Shown in pieces: positions 48,145 through 58,694 of a stretch of DNA of 64,000 nt. Position 1 is the stretch's first letter. Every line of letters starts with the position of its first letter. Made by a program: the position numbers and the translations under genes. The notes beneath the pieces were generated by a model, which was not told where the DNA came from, did not search any database, and saw nothing but the letters and a program-made list of their open reading frames with translations. The stretch lies in the NCBI GenBank assembly GCA_964416445.1, contig CAYQEE010000004.1, forward strand, positions 47,868-111,867. The letters run 5' to 3'. Origin of the DNA: an uncultured Gammaproteobacteria bacterium. Lineage in GTDB: Bacteria > Patescibacteriota > Microgenomatia > Levybacterales > UBA12049.

Positions 48145-49803
48145 TTACACAGAACATCCAATTTCACTACATAATTTCTTATTTATCTCCTTCGTAAACA
48201 CTTCTACATTTTGTGAATAATCTATGGGAACATCAATAACATGAACACCATCCTCATCCATACATTGAGTAAGCAATTTTGCAAATTCTTCTGTTTTCTC
48301 CAATCGGTGACCATGCGCCCCGTAACTCTCTGCATACTTAACAAAATCGGGATTCTTAAAATCTAGACCAAAGGAAGGTAATCTCAAACTATCTTGCTTC
48401 CATTTAATCATCCCATACCCACTATCATTTAAAATAATAATAACAATACTAACTCCTAATCTTACCGCTGTTTCTAATTCTTGCGAATTCATCATAAAGC
48501 CTCCATCTCCACAGATTGCTACTACTTTTCGCTCAGGATGAACAAGTTTTGCACCAATTGCTGCAGGAAGTCCAGCACCCATTGTCGCAAGAGCATTATC
48601 GAGAAGAACAGTATTTGGTTGATATGCGGGATAATTTCTTGATATCCATAATTTAAACATGCCATTATCCAGCGTAATAATTCCATTGTCGGGCATAACA
48701 TTTCGCAATTCGCTCACAAACTTTTGAGGCAAAATTGGAAAACGGTTATCAAAGTCCATTTTATGAATATGCTCCTTAGTACGACTCTTAACCTTATTAA
48801 AGAGCGAGAAATCCCACTTACTTTGCGGCATAATTTGCTGGGTAAGTGCCCAAATAGTATGGGCAATATCCCCGATTACTTCTAACGTCGGCGAGTAAAC
48901 ATCATCAACATGAGCAGAATAAAAATTAATGTGGATTATTTTCTTATTTACATCACTTCCCATAAACGCAGGTGGTTTTTCATAAACATCATGCCCAATA
49001 ACTAACACAACGTCAGCTTTATCAAATGCACAGTGTACAAAATCGTGTTGCGATAATGCTGCCGCGCCAATATATTGTGGACTTCTCTCATCAATAACAC
49101 CTTTTCCCATTTGTGATGTTATAAAGGGTATTTTTGTCTTATTAATAAACTCAGACAGTCTAACATGAATCAATTTTCTATTTGCACCTGCAGCCACGAT
49201 AATTAATGGATATTTCGCATTTTCAATCATTGACACTGCTTGGGTAAGTGCTTTTGGATCAGGCCCAGGCCTTCTTACTTTCATTCTAGTTATAGGATGT
49301 ACATCAACTTCTTCTCGAGCAATATCTTCTGGTAATTCCAGATGCACAGCTCCCGGCCTTTCTTCTTCTGCTGTTTTGAATGCGTTTCGTAACATTGAAG
49401 GAATATTATCTCCACTGTGGATTAACTGGGCACTTTTTGTTATCGGCTGCATCGTTCCAACAACATCAATAATCTGGAATTGCCCTTGTTTACTTTTTTT
49501 AATTGGTTTTTGACCTGTAATGACTACTAAGGGCATTCCGCCAAGTTGCGCAAAAGCAACACCAGTAATCAAATTTGTTGCCCCGGGGCCAAGTGTAGAA
49601 AGGGCAACACCTGCTTTACCTGTTAACCGACCATAGGTTGCTGCCATGAAAGTTGCCGCTTGTTCATGCCGAGTAACCACAAGTTGAATTGATGATGTGC
49701 GGATTGATTCAAGTAAATCAATATTCTCTTCTCCAGGTATTCCGAATACATATCGTACCCCTTCTTCTTCAAGACAATTAACAAATAAATCAGACGCTTT
49801 CAT
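48145..49803 (-). CDS. ThDP-dependent enzyme, acetolactate synthase large-subunit-like (possible 2-oxoacid decarboxylase)
   Basis: FGIPGEEN, RHEQ, TLGPGATN, ATMGAG, GDGGFMMN...NDSGYG. Confidence 0.9.
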   Translation of the reverse strand: MKASDLFVNCLEEEGVRYVFGIPGEENIDLLESIRTSSIQLVVTRHEQAATFMAATYGRLTGKAGVALSTLGPGATNLITGVAFAQLGGMPLVVITGQKPIKKSKQGQFQIIDVVGTMQPITKSAQLIHSGDNIPSMLRNAFKTAEEERPGAVHLELPEDIAREEVDVHPITRMKVRRPGPDPKALTQAVSMIENAKYPLIIVAAGANRKLIHVRLSEFINKTKIPFITSQMGKGVIDERSPQYIGAAALSQHDFVHCAFDKADVVLVIGHDVYEKPPAFMGSDVNKKIIHINFYSAHVDDVYSPTLEVIGDIAHTIWALTQQIMPQSKWDFSLFNKVKSRTKEHIHKMDFDNRFPILPQKFVSELRNVMPDNGIITLDNGMFKLWISRNYPAYQPNTVLLDNALATMGAGLPAAIGAKLVHPERKVVAICGDGGFMMNSQELETAVRLGVSIVIIILNDSGYGMIKWKQDSLRLPSFGLDFKNPDFVKYAESYGAHGHRLEKTEEFAKLLTQCMDEDGVHVIDVPIDYSQNVEVFTKEINKKLCSEIGCSV

Positions 49804-49865
49804 AAAAACATGTTTTAGCTATTATATGGCTTTTAAACTGTTTTATCAAACACCGAGGATAAATA

Positions 49866-50795
49866 TTATTTCTTCTTTACGTCATGACCCCCAAATTGAT
49901 GACGAAGTGCTGCAACCATTTTTGCGGCATACGAATTCTGTATTCGTTTATCTATTTTTGACTGCGTACGGAAATTTAGTGACTCTTCAATAATAGGCAC
50001 AGGCACTTGCTCATCTTTTGCTGCTTCAACTGTCCATCGTGCTTCGCCAGTTTCTGCTATTACGCCATCAATATCAGAAAGTTGAGGATCTTTTTCTAAT
50101 ACTCCCTTTGCACAATCAATAAGAAAACTCGAAATAATTGTACTATTTTGCCATATTGCCGCAACATTATTAAGGTCTAATTTATATGGTGATTTTTCTA
50201 ATACTCCAAAACCTTCTCCAATAGCTTGCATCATTCCATATTCAATACCGTTATGTACCATCTTTACAAAATGTCCTGCTCCACCTTCTCCATGATACAT
50301 ATGTCCACCTTTCGGATATGCAAGCGTATCTAGAATAGGAATAATTTCTTCATATGCGCTTTTATCACCACCAACCATAAGAGGATAGCCATTCTTTTCT
50401 GCCATTATGCCACCACTAACGCCAATTCCAAGAAACCGAATTCCTTTTGCTTGAAAGTCTTCGTACCGTCTTTGGGTATCTTTATAATTCGAATTTCCAC
50501 CGTCAATAATAATATCGCCTTGTGTAACACCCATTCCTAGCTCTTGAAGAATACTTTCTGTTGGTAATCCAGTAGGAAGCATCAACCAGAAAACACGTGG
50601 AGATTTAAGTTCCTTAAAGAAATCACCTATTGTTGAAACAGTCTTAAAAAACTCTTTTTGTGTTTCATGCTTTTGTTGAAATAAAGTCATGGGTTCCGAA
50701 GATCGATTCCAAAGTATGACATGATGACCATTTTCAACCAATTTACCAGCCATACGACTACCCATTTTCCCAAGGCCGATAAATCCAAGTTGCAT
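49866..50795 (-). CDS. gnd: 6-phosphogluconate dehydrogenase (short, decarboxylating)
   Basis: IGLGKMG, IDGGNS, GVSGG, GHFVKMVHNGIEY, ALRHQFGGH. Confidence 0.96.
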   Translation of the reverse strand: MQLGFIGLGKMGSRMAGKLVENGHHVILWNRSSEPMTLFQQKHETQKEFFKTVSTIGDFFKELKSPRVFWLMLPTGLPTESILQELGMGVTQGDIIIDGGNSNYKDTQRRYEDFQAKGIRFLGIGVSGGIMAEKNGYPLMVGGDKSAYEEIIPILDTLAYPKGGHMYHGEGGAGHFVKMVHNGIEYGMMQAIGEGFGVLEKSPYKLDLNNVAAIWQNSTIISSFLIDCAKGVLEKDPQLSDIDGVIAETGEARWTVEAAKDEQVPVPIIEESLNFRTQSKIDKRIQNSYAAKMVAALRHQFGGHDVKKK

Positions 50796-50838
50796 TATTT
50801 TATTATACAGTATATCTTTCCTATGATAAATGAGTTTA

Positions 50839-51519
50839 TTATCCTATCTCATTTGCCCCATTTATAGGAGACCAACCAAAGGGGTTTGTAATATCATGCA
50901 ATCTCCCTTTATTATTAGAAATTGCATACAGCAAAGCAAAATTATTGGGCACTCGATTTGTTTCAATTATTGCTTGTATCACATCACAACAATCTCTATG
51001 GCTTAAAAAAACTTTTCTTTCTAAGATATTCGATTCATGAGGCGTATTCTCTTTATTAACTCCTCCAAATCGTATACAAATAACTTCTAATCCTTTCGTG
51101 GCATAATATCTTCCCAACGATTCCATAAATACTTTTTCAGCTCCGTATAAGCTATCTGGCGTAGGAATTTGTAATGGTGACATTAATGAAGTCTTTAGCC
51201 ATTGATAATAACTATCTGCATGTACTGAGCTAGCCATTATTACTCTTGGTATTTTTTGTTCCACTGCAGCTTGATAAACGTTATACAACATTATTGAGTT
51301 GTCTGGATTATACACATGAGTTCGATAATTATCTCTTTTCGTATCCCATGCTAAATGTATCACGACATCATGATCTTTAATTTGCTCTGCAACCTCTTGA
51401 TAGTTACGTATATCAATTTCAGGTTTCGCTAACGAAGTAATTGAAACATTTTTTAATCCATTCACCAGAATAGTCCCAATAGTACCATGTGAACCGGTAA
51501 TGGCGATTTTTTTATTCAT
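50839..51519 (-). CDS. NAD-dependent epimerase/dehydratase family protein
   Basis: ITGSHGTIG, VIHLAW, ASSVH, YGAEK. Confidence 0.88.
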   Translation of the reverse strand: MNKKIAITGSHGTIGTILVNGLKNVSITSLAKPEIDIRNYQEVAEQIKDHDVVIHLAWDTKRDNYRTHVYNPDNSIMLYNVYQAAVEQKIPRVIMASSVHADSYYQWLKTSLMSPLQIPTPDSLYGAEKVFMESLGRYYATKGLEVICIRFGGVNKENTPHESNILERKVFLSHRDCCDVIQAIIETNRVPNNFALLYAISNNKGRLHDITNPFGWSPINGANEIG

Positions 51520-51528
51520 AAAAAAAGA

Positions 51529-52950
51529 TTAAAATATCCATTTGCGCCCATCTTTTTCAATAAGATCAAACGCTTCTTTTGGTCCCCACCCGCCGGGTTT
51601 ATAGGTATACACGGGAGACGCATTCTTTTCCCATCCATGTAAAATTGCAGTAATAAATTCCCATGAACTTGCTAGTTCATCCGAACGGTTGAAAAGCGTC
51701 TGATCTCCATAGAAAATATCTAACAGAATCTTTTGATACGCATCTGTGCCGGTTGTGTGAAATTCTTCGTTATATAAAAAATGCATTTTTGTATTGCCAA
51801 GCATTAATTTATTCCCTGGATTTTTTGCAATTATTTTAAGTCCAATTCCTTCATCAGGTTGAATATAAAAAGTTAAAACATTTCCTTCTTCAGGACATCC
51901 AATTTCCTTAAAAAGTAAATGACACGTTTGTTTAAAGATTACTGAAACTTCTACTAACGATTTATTCATTCTTTTACCTGCACGTATATAGAATGGCACT
52001 CCAGCGAAACGTTCATTTTGCAATAAAAGTTTTAATGCAACAAACGTTTCCGTTTGTGAATGAGGAGCAACATCCTTCTCACTTAAATAACCTTCATATT
52101 GTCCACGTACTACATATTTCGCTACATCCTCTGGATTGTAACATTGAATAGCAGCTATTATTTTTGCACGAGCATCCCGAACCCCCTCACTAGAAAAACT
52201 CTTTGGTTGCTCCATGGCAACTGCTGCGAGTAATTGAAGTAAATGATTTTGGGTTACATCACGCAATATTCCAACTCCATCAAAAAATCTACCCCGAGTC
52301 TGGATTCCTTTTTCTTCTGCAAAAGTTATTTGTATATGATCAATATAATTTGCATTCCAAACAGGTTCAAAAATACTATTAGCAAATCGAAATATCAACA
52401 TATTTTGTACTGTTTCTTTTCCTAAATAATGATCCACTCGAAAGACCTGCCATTCACTGAAATATTCAGATAATTTTTGATCTAGCATTTTTGCCGTATC
52501 TAAATCCTTACCAAAAGGTTTTTCTATAACAAGCTTTGCCCATTGTTTATGATCGTGAGCAAATTCGTGCTTATATTGATAAATAAATTCCAAAATTGTG
52601 TTGTAATTTGATGGAGGGGTAGCTAAATAAAGGATTCGTTCAAATGTTATATTGGATGTTGTATCAAACGTATTGAGTTTTTCTGTTAACGACTTATATG
52701 CAACACTGTCATCAAATGAGCCTTGATGATAGAGTAAATGGGATGAAAATTTATTCCATTCAGGATCTGAAACAAATTCACTAAATAAATTTGCGAAAGT
52801 CTCATTAGTCAACGGTCGACGCGCAAAACCAATAATATAAAATTGCTCTGCAAGTCCTTTTTCTTTAAATAACGAGAACAATGCAGGTATTAATTTCGTA
52901 TGGGCTAAATCTCCTGTTGCTCCGAAAATTACTAGCACAAACGGTTGCAT
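51529..52950 (-). CDS. zwf: Glucose-6-phosphate 1-dehydrogenase
   Basis: FGATGDL, EKPFG, RVDHYLGKE, QNHLLQ. Confidence 0.98.
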   Translation of the reverse strand: MQPFVLVIFGATGDLAHTKLIPALFSLFKEKGLAEQFYIIGFARRPLTNETFANLFSEFVSDPEWNKFSSHLLYHQGSFDDSVAYKSLTEKLNTFDTTSNITFERILYLATPPSNYNTILEFIYQYKHEFAHDHKQWAKLVIEKPFGKDLDTAKMLDQKLSEYFSEWQVFRVDHYLGKETVQNMLIFRFANSIFEPVWNANYIDHIQITFAEEKGIQTRGRFFDGVGILRDVTQNHLLQLLAAVAMEQPKSFSSEGVRDARAKIIAAIQCYNPEDVAKYVVRGQYEGYLSEKDVAPHSQTETFVALKLLLQNERFAGVPFYIRAGKRMNKSLVEVSVIFKQTCHLLFKEIGCPEEGNVLTFYIQPDEGIGLKIIAKNPGNKLMLGNTKMHFLYNEEFHTTGTDAYQKILLDIFYGDQTLFNRSDELASSWEFITAILHGWEKNASPVYTYKPGGWGPKEAFDLIEKDGRKWIF

Positions 52951-52995
52951 TACATGGATTATAAATCGAAAAGCAACAAGTGAAAAGAAGCAAAA

Positions 52996-53709
52996 TTAAA
53001 TTTTTTGATCGGTAATAAACATAGTTTTCTTTGCCATCTCCCTCATTTGATAGAATCGTGCTGGTATTTCTTCTAGACTTCCTGGGGTTAGTGCTTTATT
53101 AATTGCTTCTTTTTTATCTTTGCCAAAAATAAAAACAATAATATAGTCAAGTAATGATAACCCAGCAAATGTTAATGTAATTCTTTTTCCGAATGGACTC
53201 ATCTTATCGATAAAACTTGAAACAAAGAGATGCTTCTGAGAATTATCGAAAAGAGGATTTATAAAGTCGTTTCTATTCGGCAAAATACCAGCAGTGTGTC
53301 CATCACTACCTATACCTAAAACACCAATACTTTTAGGAAAATGAAAGAAAAGACTTCTTACTTTTTCATCATACAATTGGGCTGTTTCATCAAGTGATCG
53401 ATGTTCTTGTAGAATTGGATTAAATGGAATCTTGCGAGTAGCAAAATATGACAATAGACCTGTCTCAGATATCATTTTTTCGTTACTATTTTTATGATAT
53501 GGATTCCCATATCTTTCGTCTATCATGCCAACCGCTGCAGGTTTTATAATTTTTTCTTCTGCTAAAACTTGATAGAGTGGTTTTGGGGTCTTCCCTCCAG
53601 ATAAAAATAACACAGTTTTACTATCTACTCTTTTATAAAGTTCCTCCTTTGCAATTTCTATACCTTTCTGGATCGTTCCTGCTACGACAATTTGCATAAT
53701 GTGTTTCAT
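52996..53709 (-). CDS. pgl: 6-phosphogluconolactonase
   Basis: LSGGKTP, DER, SN, LGIGSDGHTA, RITLT; adjacent to zwf. Confidence 0.9.
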   Translation of the reverse strand: MKHIMQIVVAGTIQKGIEIAKEELYKRVDSKTVLFLSGGKTPKPLYQVLAEEKIIKPAAVGMIDERYGNPYHKNSNEKMISETGLLSYFATRKIPFNPILQEHRSLDETAQLYDEKVRSLFFHFPKSIGVLGIGSDGHTAGILPNRNDFINPLFDNSQKHLFVSSFIDKMSPFGKRITLTFAGLSLLDYIIVFIFGKDKKEAINKALTPGSLEEIPARFYQMREMAKKTMFITDQKI

Positions 53710-53754
53710 TGTAAAGAAGAATCAGAAAACTAGCAAGAACAAAAATCTCTTAAA

Positions 53755-54870
53755 TTAAGGAAGCAACGGCTGATGAGTGAATAATCTGATAAGATCATGA
53801 AAAGTGAGGAAAAGGATTAGCATTAATAACAATGCCATCCCAACAGCATGGGTATAGCCTTCAATTCTCGGATTTACTTTCTTTTGGGTAATTGCTTCAA
53901 AAAGGATGAAAAATAATCTTCCCCCATCAAGTGCTGGTATCGGCAAGATGTTTAAAACAGCAAGATTTAATGAAAGTAATGATACAAGAGAGAGAACTGC
54001 ATTAAACCCAAACTGGACTGTTTCACCTGTTAATTGTGCAATGCCTACAGGGCCAGCTAATCCTTTAGGAACTGTTCTTTGAGTAGCCGCTTGAAAAATT
54101 GCATCTCCTAATCCTTGAATAATTTTCCATGAATCATTAAACGATTCTAACGTGCCAACAAATGGGGCTTGATACCAGGTATAACGTTTAGTCATAAGAT
54201 TCGCTATAGCAACCCCCATTGCACCTTCATTTTTTGGATAGCGAATACGAGGAGTAATTCGTATATTGTGTACTTGTTGGTTCGTATCCTCAATTTGTAA
54301 TGTGAGTGTCTCCCCTAAATGAGCTTTTGTAATAGAAATAAGTTGCTGTGAATTAGAAACAACACTACCATTCACGGACAAAATAGCATCGTCTTGCTTT
54401 AATCCTGCTTGATCTGCTGGAGATCCAGGAGAGACCGATTGAACGATAACATGTTGTGAAGGAACGGGAACACCTTGAACCGCAAAGAGATAAGAAATAA
54501 GAACGATCGCGAGAAGAAAATTCATAACGACACCGGCAATAACAATACTTGCCCGTTGCCATGCTGGACGGGCAAAAAAGGCTCGTTTTAGATCTTTGCC
54601 TTTTGCTTTTAAAGCAGAACTCTTTACTGAGCCTAATTTTCCTCCACCCGCTTCATCTTCCCCATAGAGTTTAACAAAACCGCCAATAGGTAAAAGATTA
54701 ATTGAGTAAAGTGTTTCACCAATTTTTTTCCCATAAATTCGCGGTGGAAAACCGAAGCCAAATTCTTCAACTTTTACTCCTAATTTTTTTGCAACTAAAT
54801 AATGACCTGCTTCATGAATAAGCACTAATACGGATAACATTAAAACAAAAACAATAATTGTGAGTATCAT
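53755..54870 (-). CDS. rseP: RIP (M50) zinc metalloprotease with PDZ domain
   Basis: HEAGH, GGFVKL, AGVVMN, NILPIPALDGG. Confidence 0.95.
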   Translation of the reverse strand: MILTIIVFVLMLSVLVLIHEAGHYLVAKKLGVKVEEFGFGFPPRIYGKKIGETLYSINLLPIGGFVKLYGEDEAGGGKLGSVKSSALKAKGKDLKRAFFARPAWQRASIVIAGVVMNFLLAIVLISYLFAVQGVPVPSQHVIVQSVSPGSPADQAGLKQDDAILSVNGSVVSNSQQLISITKAHLGETLTLQIEDTNQQVHNIRITPRIRYPKNEGAMGVAIANLMTKRYTWYQAPFVGTLESFNDSWKIIQGLGDAIFQAATQRTVPKGLAGPVGIAQLTGETVQFGFNAVLSLVSLLSLNLAVLNILPIPALDGGRLFFILFEAITQKKVNPRIEGYTHAVGMALLLMLILFLTFHDLIRLFTHQPLLP

Positions 54871-54923
54871 AGAGGCTTTTCTATCATACAAGAGGATGAA
54901 AAAAAATACAACCCAACCATTCT

Positions 54924-55259
54924 TTACTGTTTCAATGTAGAAATAAATGCACTTACAATAGAAAGTATTATGCTAAAAAGAATTGCCCAGATAATATTTT
55001 CTACAATAAATCCTGGAACTAAGGCACTCACCAAAAGGACAAGTAATCCATTAATGACAAAGGTAAACAAACCTAAGGAGACAATATTTATTGGTAATGT
55101 CAGAAGAAAGAGAATTGGCTTAATGACTGCATTAACAATTCCAAGAACAATTGCTACAACAATTGCAGTTAAAAAGCTATGAACATGAACTCCAGGAAGA
55201 AGATATGCGGAGATCAAGACTGCTATTGCGCTTAATAAAAGGTTTATGATTATTCTCAT
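54924..55259 (-). CDS. 4-TM membrane protein, YvlD/phage-holin-4 family
   Basis: NAVIKPIL.LLTLPIN..SLGLF.FVING. Confidence 0.9.
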   Translation of the reverse strand: MRIIINLLLSAIAVLISAYLLPGVHVHSFLTAIVVAIVLGIVNAVIKPILFLLTLPINIVSLGLFTFVINGLLVLLVSALVPGFIVENIIWAILFSIILSIVSAFISTLKQ

Positions 55260-55316
55260 ACTTGTATGATAAACCGAAATTTATTAACAAGCAATACTTT
55301 TTATCAAATTTTATTC

Positions 55317-55868
55317 TTAGATCTGTAATAATTCTTCTTCTTTCTTTTTTCCCAACGCATCAATTTTCTGAATAAATTCATCGGTTAATTTCTGTATTTC
55401 CTTTTCAAATCTTCGAATATCATCCTCTGAAAGTTGTTCATCTTTTTTTATTTCGTTTAAAGCATCATGTCGAGCTTGACGAATAAGTATTTTCCCATTT
55501 TCTAATTTTTGTTTCATTAGATGGATGAGATCTTGTCTTCTTTCTTCTGAGAGAGGTGGTATTGCTATTCTTATTACTTTTCCGTCATTGCTCGGATTAA
55601 GTCCAATATTTGCTTCTTGTATACCCTTTTGGATTTCTCCAAGAATAGATGAGTCATAGGGAGAGATAACAAGAGTTTGCGTATCTGACGAGGCAATTGT
55701 CGCCAATTCCACAACTTTCATTCGTGCTGTTCCACCATATACTGAAACGATTAAATTATCAACGAGTGATGGAGTTGCTCTACCTGTTCGAACCGTACCT
55801 AAATCTGTTTGAATAACCTGTACTGCTTTCGACATTTGCTGAGAAGTTTGTTGAACAATTGGATCCAT
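55317..55868 (-). CDS. frr: Ribosome recycling factor
   Basis: VRTGRATP, PPLSEERR, KKEEELL. Confidence 0.97.
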   Translation of the reverse strand: MDPIVQQTSQQMSKAVQVIQTDLGTVRTGRATPSLVDNLIVSVYGGTARMKVVELATIASSDTQTLVISPYDSSILGEIQKGIQEANIGLNPSNDGKVIRIAIPPLSEERRQDLIHLMKQKLENGKILIRQARHDALNEIKKDEQLSEDDIRRFEKEIQKLTDEFIQKIDALGKKKEEELLQI

Positions 55869-55886
55869 AACGTGTTATGTGAGTCT

Positions 55887-56342
55887 TTAAAGCGCTAACC
55901 GTGCAATTCTTTTAACTGTAATATTTTCTCCTAATTTGCCAATAACTTGTTTAATTAACCCCTCTATGGTTAGTGATGTATCTTTAATATATTCTTGTTT
56001 TAATAATTCGTCAACAGTTTGCGGGTTCATTGCAGCTACTTGCATAGCAACTTCATGAGCTAATTTTTTGAATTCATCTGTTCGCGCAACAAAATCAGTT
56101 TCACACAATAATTCAACGAGTGCCCCTACTTTACCCGTTTGATGAATATATGATTCAATAAGTCCTTCTCCTGTTTCACGATCAGCTTTCTTTTCAGCTT
56201 TCTCGGCAGACCGTTTCTTAAGCCATTCAAGAGCTTTCTCATAATTTCCTGAAGATTCTTCTAATGCCCTCCGACAATCGCTTACTGAGGCAGCGGTCTG
56301 TTCACGAAGTTTTTTTAATTGTGATAAATCAATATTTGCCAT
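55887..56342 (-). CDS. tsf: Elongation factor Ts (short form)
   Basis: LKKLREQT, CRRAL, ELLCETDFVAR, LGENI. Confidence 0.95.
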   Translation of the reverse strand: MANIDLSQLKKLREQTAASVSDCRRALEESSGNYEKALEWLKKRSAEKAEKKADRETGEGLIESYIHQTGKVGALVELLCETDFVARTDEFKKLAHEVAMQVAAMNPQTVDELLKQEYIKDTSLTIEGLIKQVIGKLGENITVKRIARLAL

Positions 56343-56344
56343 GG

Positions 56345-57196
56345 TTACGATTCTTTTTCTTCTGTTTTTTTCGTGGTTGGATGTTTTTCTTTTTCTGATG
56401 CCTTTTGAGAAGTTGATGTTTTTTCTTCCTTTGCTTCAACAGCTTTTTCTTCTTTTTTGCTCTCTTGTTTTGCTGCATTTCCTTTTCCTTCTATCCAAGC
56501 ATCAATAATATACGATACGATTAACTGAATTGAACCAACAGCGTCATCATTTGCAGGTATTGGATAATCAATAATATCAGGATCTGCGTTTGTATCAACG
56601 ATACCTACCGTTGGTACACCAGTTCTAAATGCCTCCATGACGGCTAAATTTTCTAAATGAGTATCAATAATAAACAGCGCATCTGGTTGTTTATTTAATT
56701 CTACAATTCCACCATAAAACATTTCTAATTTTTGTCGTTCCTTATCCCATAAACCGATTTCTTTTTTGGTATATTTTGATTTCTCAAATTCATCTTTTAA
56801 TTTTGCTGATAAATCTTTTAATTTTTTATAGTTTTTTCTGACTTCAGATGCATTGGTTAATGTTCCCCCAATCCAGCGACTTGTAACTGAATAAAGACCG
56901 TCATTAATTTTCTTTTCACCTAAAGTTTCCTTTGCTCTTTTAACTTGCTCTGCAACAATTGGTTGAGCCTGTCTTTTTGAACCGACGATAACGAGTGTAC
57001 TGCCCGGTTTTTCAGCAAGTTCTTTAACAAACGCGGCAGCTTCATCAAGGCCTTTTTTTGTTAAACCTAAGTCGATAATGTGGATACCATCACGAGCTTC
57101 AAAAACGTATTCACGTGCTTTGGGGTTCTGTCGAGTCACTTGATGTCCAAAATGACACCCTGCTTCTAGTAGTTCTTCTAATGTTATCTCTTTCAT
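56345..57196 (-). CDS. rpsB: 30S ribosomal protein S2
   Basis: LLEAGCHFGH, RWIGGTLTN, VDTNADP, PANDDA. Confidence 0.98.
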   Translation of the reverse strand: MKEITLEELLEAGCHFGHQVTRQNPKAREYVFEARDGIHIIDLGLTKKGLDEAAAFVKELAEKPGSTLVIVGSKRQAQPIVAEQVKRAKETLGEKKINDGLYSVTSRWIGGTLTNASEVRKNYKKLKDLSAKLKDEFEKSKYTKKEIGLWDKERQKLEMFYGGIVELNKQPDALFIIDTHLENLAVMEAFRTGVPTVGIVDTNADPDIIDYPIPANDDAVGSIQLIVSYIIDAWIEGKGNAAKQESKKEEKAVEAKEEKTSTSQKASEKEKHPTTKKTEEKES

Positions 57197-57205
57197 AAAT
57201 CCTTA

Positions 57206-57258
57206 TTCCTCCATTCAACGCTCACTTTACAGTCAGGATTTAATGCTGAATGTGTGTA
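57206..57258 (-). promoter_or_regulatory. S2 autoregulatory leader (t44-like) of rpsB-tsf
   Basis: Minus strand ACACA-CAUUCAGC...GUUGAAUG-GAGG: CACAC 5' motif, hairpin and UGGAGG 3' motif typical of rpsB leaders. Confidence 0.7.
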
Positions 57259-57360
57259 ATCACTATATTATAACTAAAAATAGATTGAATTTCAAGCAAG
57301 AGTAATCTCAATCCTACATTGCCAATTAGAATTCTTAAGCTTCCACCAATTGAGTAAACG

Positions 57361-58611
57361 CTAGTCAATGCCTGGAACAGGAAATTGTAGCGAGAATTCA
57401 ATTACTTCCTTCTTTATCTTATTCAATTGAGCTTGACTATCCTTATTTTTTAATGCTTCATCGATTAATCTTGCAATAGTCTCCATATGTTTCTCTTTCA
57501 TGCCTCGTGTTGTGACAGCAGGCGTCCCCAAACGTACTCCTGAAGGATCAAATGGCTTTCGAGGATCAAACGGGATCATATTCTTGTTGATCGATATATT
57601 AACTTCTTCCAAAGCGTGTTCTGCTTCTTTACCGGGTATACCATTACTTCCAAAAACATCTACTAACATTAAATGATTATCTGTACCTCCTGAAACAATT
57701 CGATATCCTCGTTTCTGTAATGCTTCTGCAAGAGCTTTTGCATTTTTAATTACTTGTGCTGAATATGATTTGAACGAAGGTTTTAATGCCTCTCCAAATG
57801 CAATTGCTTTCGCAGCATTAATATGATCATGTGGTCCTCCTTGAACACCAGGAAACACAGCTCGATTAATATCTTTCGCAAAAGCTTCCCGACACATAAT
57901 CATTGCACCTCGAGGTCCCCGGAGTGTTTTATGAGTGGTTGTCGAAACAACATCAAAATATGGAACTGGACTTTCTAGTTGTCCTCCTGCAATCAACCCG
58001 GCAATATGAGCTATATCCGCAAATGTTACGGCACCTATTTTATCCGCTATTTTTTTAAACCTTTTCCAATCCATATTTCGACTATACGCTGAAAATCCTG
58101 CTAAAATCATCTTTGGTTTTTCTTTCAGTGCAATCTTTTCAACTTCGTCCATATCAATGAGTTCCGTTTTCTTATCAACAAAATAAGGAATTATGGTATA
58201 TAACAAACCAGAAAAGTTAAGAGGATGTCCGTGGGAAAGGTGCCCTCCTTGATCTAAAGAAAAACCGAGTACTTTATCCCCGGGCTTAAGCAGCGCCATA
58301 TAAACAGCCAAATTTGCAGGACTTCCTGAGAGAGGTTGAACATTAACATGTTCTGCACCAAAGAGCTTTTTGGCACGTTCGATAGCAAGATTCTCAGCTT
58401 GATCAATAATTTGATTTCCGCCATAATACCGTTTACCTGGATATCCTTCTGAGTATTTATTTGTTAAGATACTCCCCATTGCTTCTAAAATCGCTGGAGA
58501 AACATAATTTTCTGAAGCAATAAGCTCAATACCTTCCTTTTGTCTTTTTTCTTCTAAGGTAATAATATCGTAGATTGCGCGGTCTTCTTTTTGTATGTAC
58601 TTTTTGTCCAT
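57361..58611 (-). CDS. glyA: Serine hydroxymethyltransferase
   Basis: [38 protein letters not shown]. Confidence 0.98.
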   Translation of the reverse strand: MDKKYIQKEDRAIYDIITLEEKRQKEGIELIASENYVSPAILEAMGSILTNKYSEGYPGKRYYGGNQIIDQAENLAIERAKKLFGAEHVNVQPLSGSPANLAVYMALLKPGDKVLGFSLDQGGHLSHGHPLNFSGLLYTIIPYFVDKKTELIDMDEVEKIALKEKPKMILAGFSAYSRNMDWKRFKKIADKIGAVTFADIAHIAGLIAGGQLESPVPYFDVVSTTTHKTLRGPRGAMIMCREAFAKDINRAVFPGVQGGPHDHINAAKAIAFGEALKPSFKSYSAQVIKNAKALAEALQKRGYRIVSGGTDNHLMLVDVFGSNGIPGKEAEHALEEVNISINKNMIPFDPRKPFDPSGVRLGTPAVTTRGMKEKHMETIARLIDEALKNKDSQAQLNKIKKEVIEFSLQFPVPGID

Positions 58612-58694
58612 TCCTTACAAAGCTACTATAAGAAACTTTCGCATTATTTGCAAGAGGGAAAACAGTTATATTCTTGCTATGTTATACTCAGCAT

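Noticed and set aside
54924-55259. Holin-family gene as a prophage marker
   Set aside because: YvlD-type family common in chromosomes; no phage genes nearby.
58612-58690. ZTP or glycine riboswitch upstream of glyA
   Set aside because: The spacer holds only divergent promoter-like boxes; no aptamer motif.
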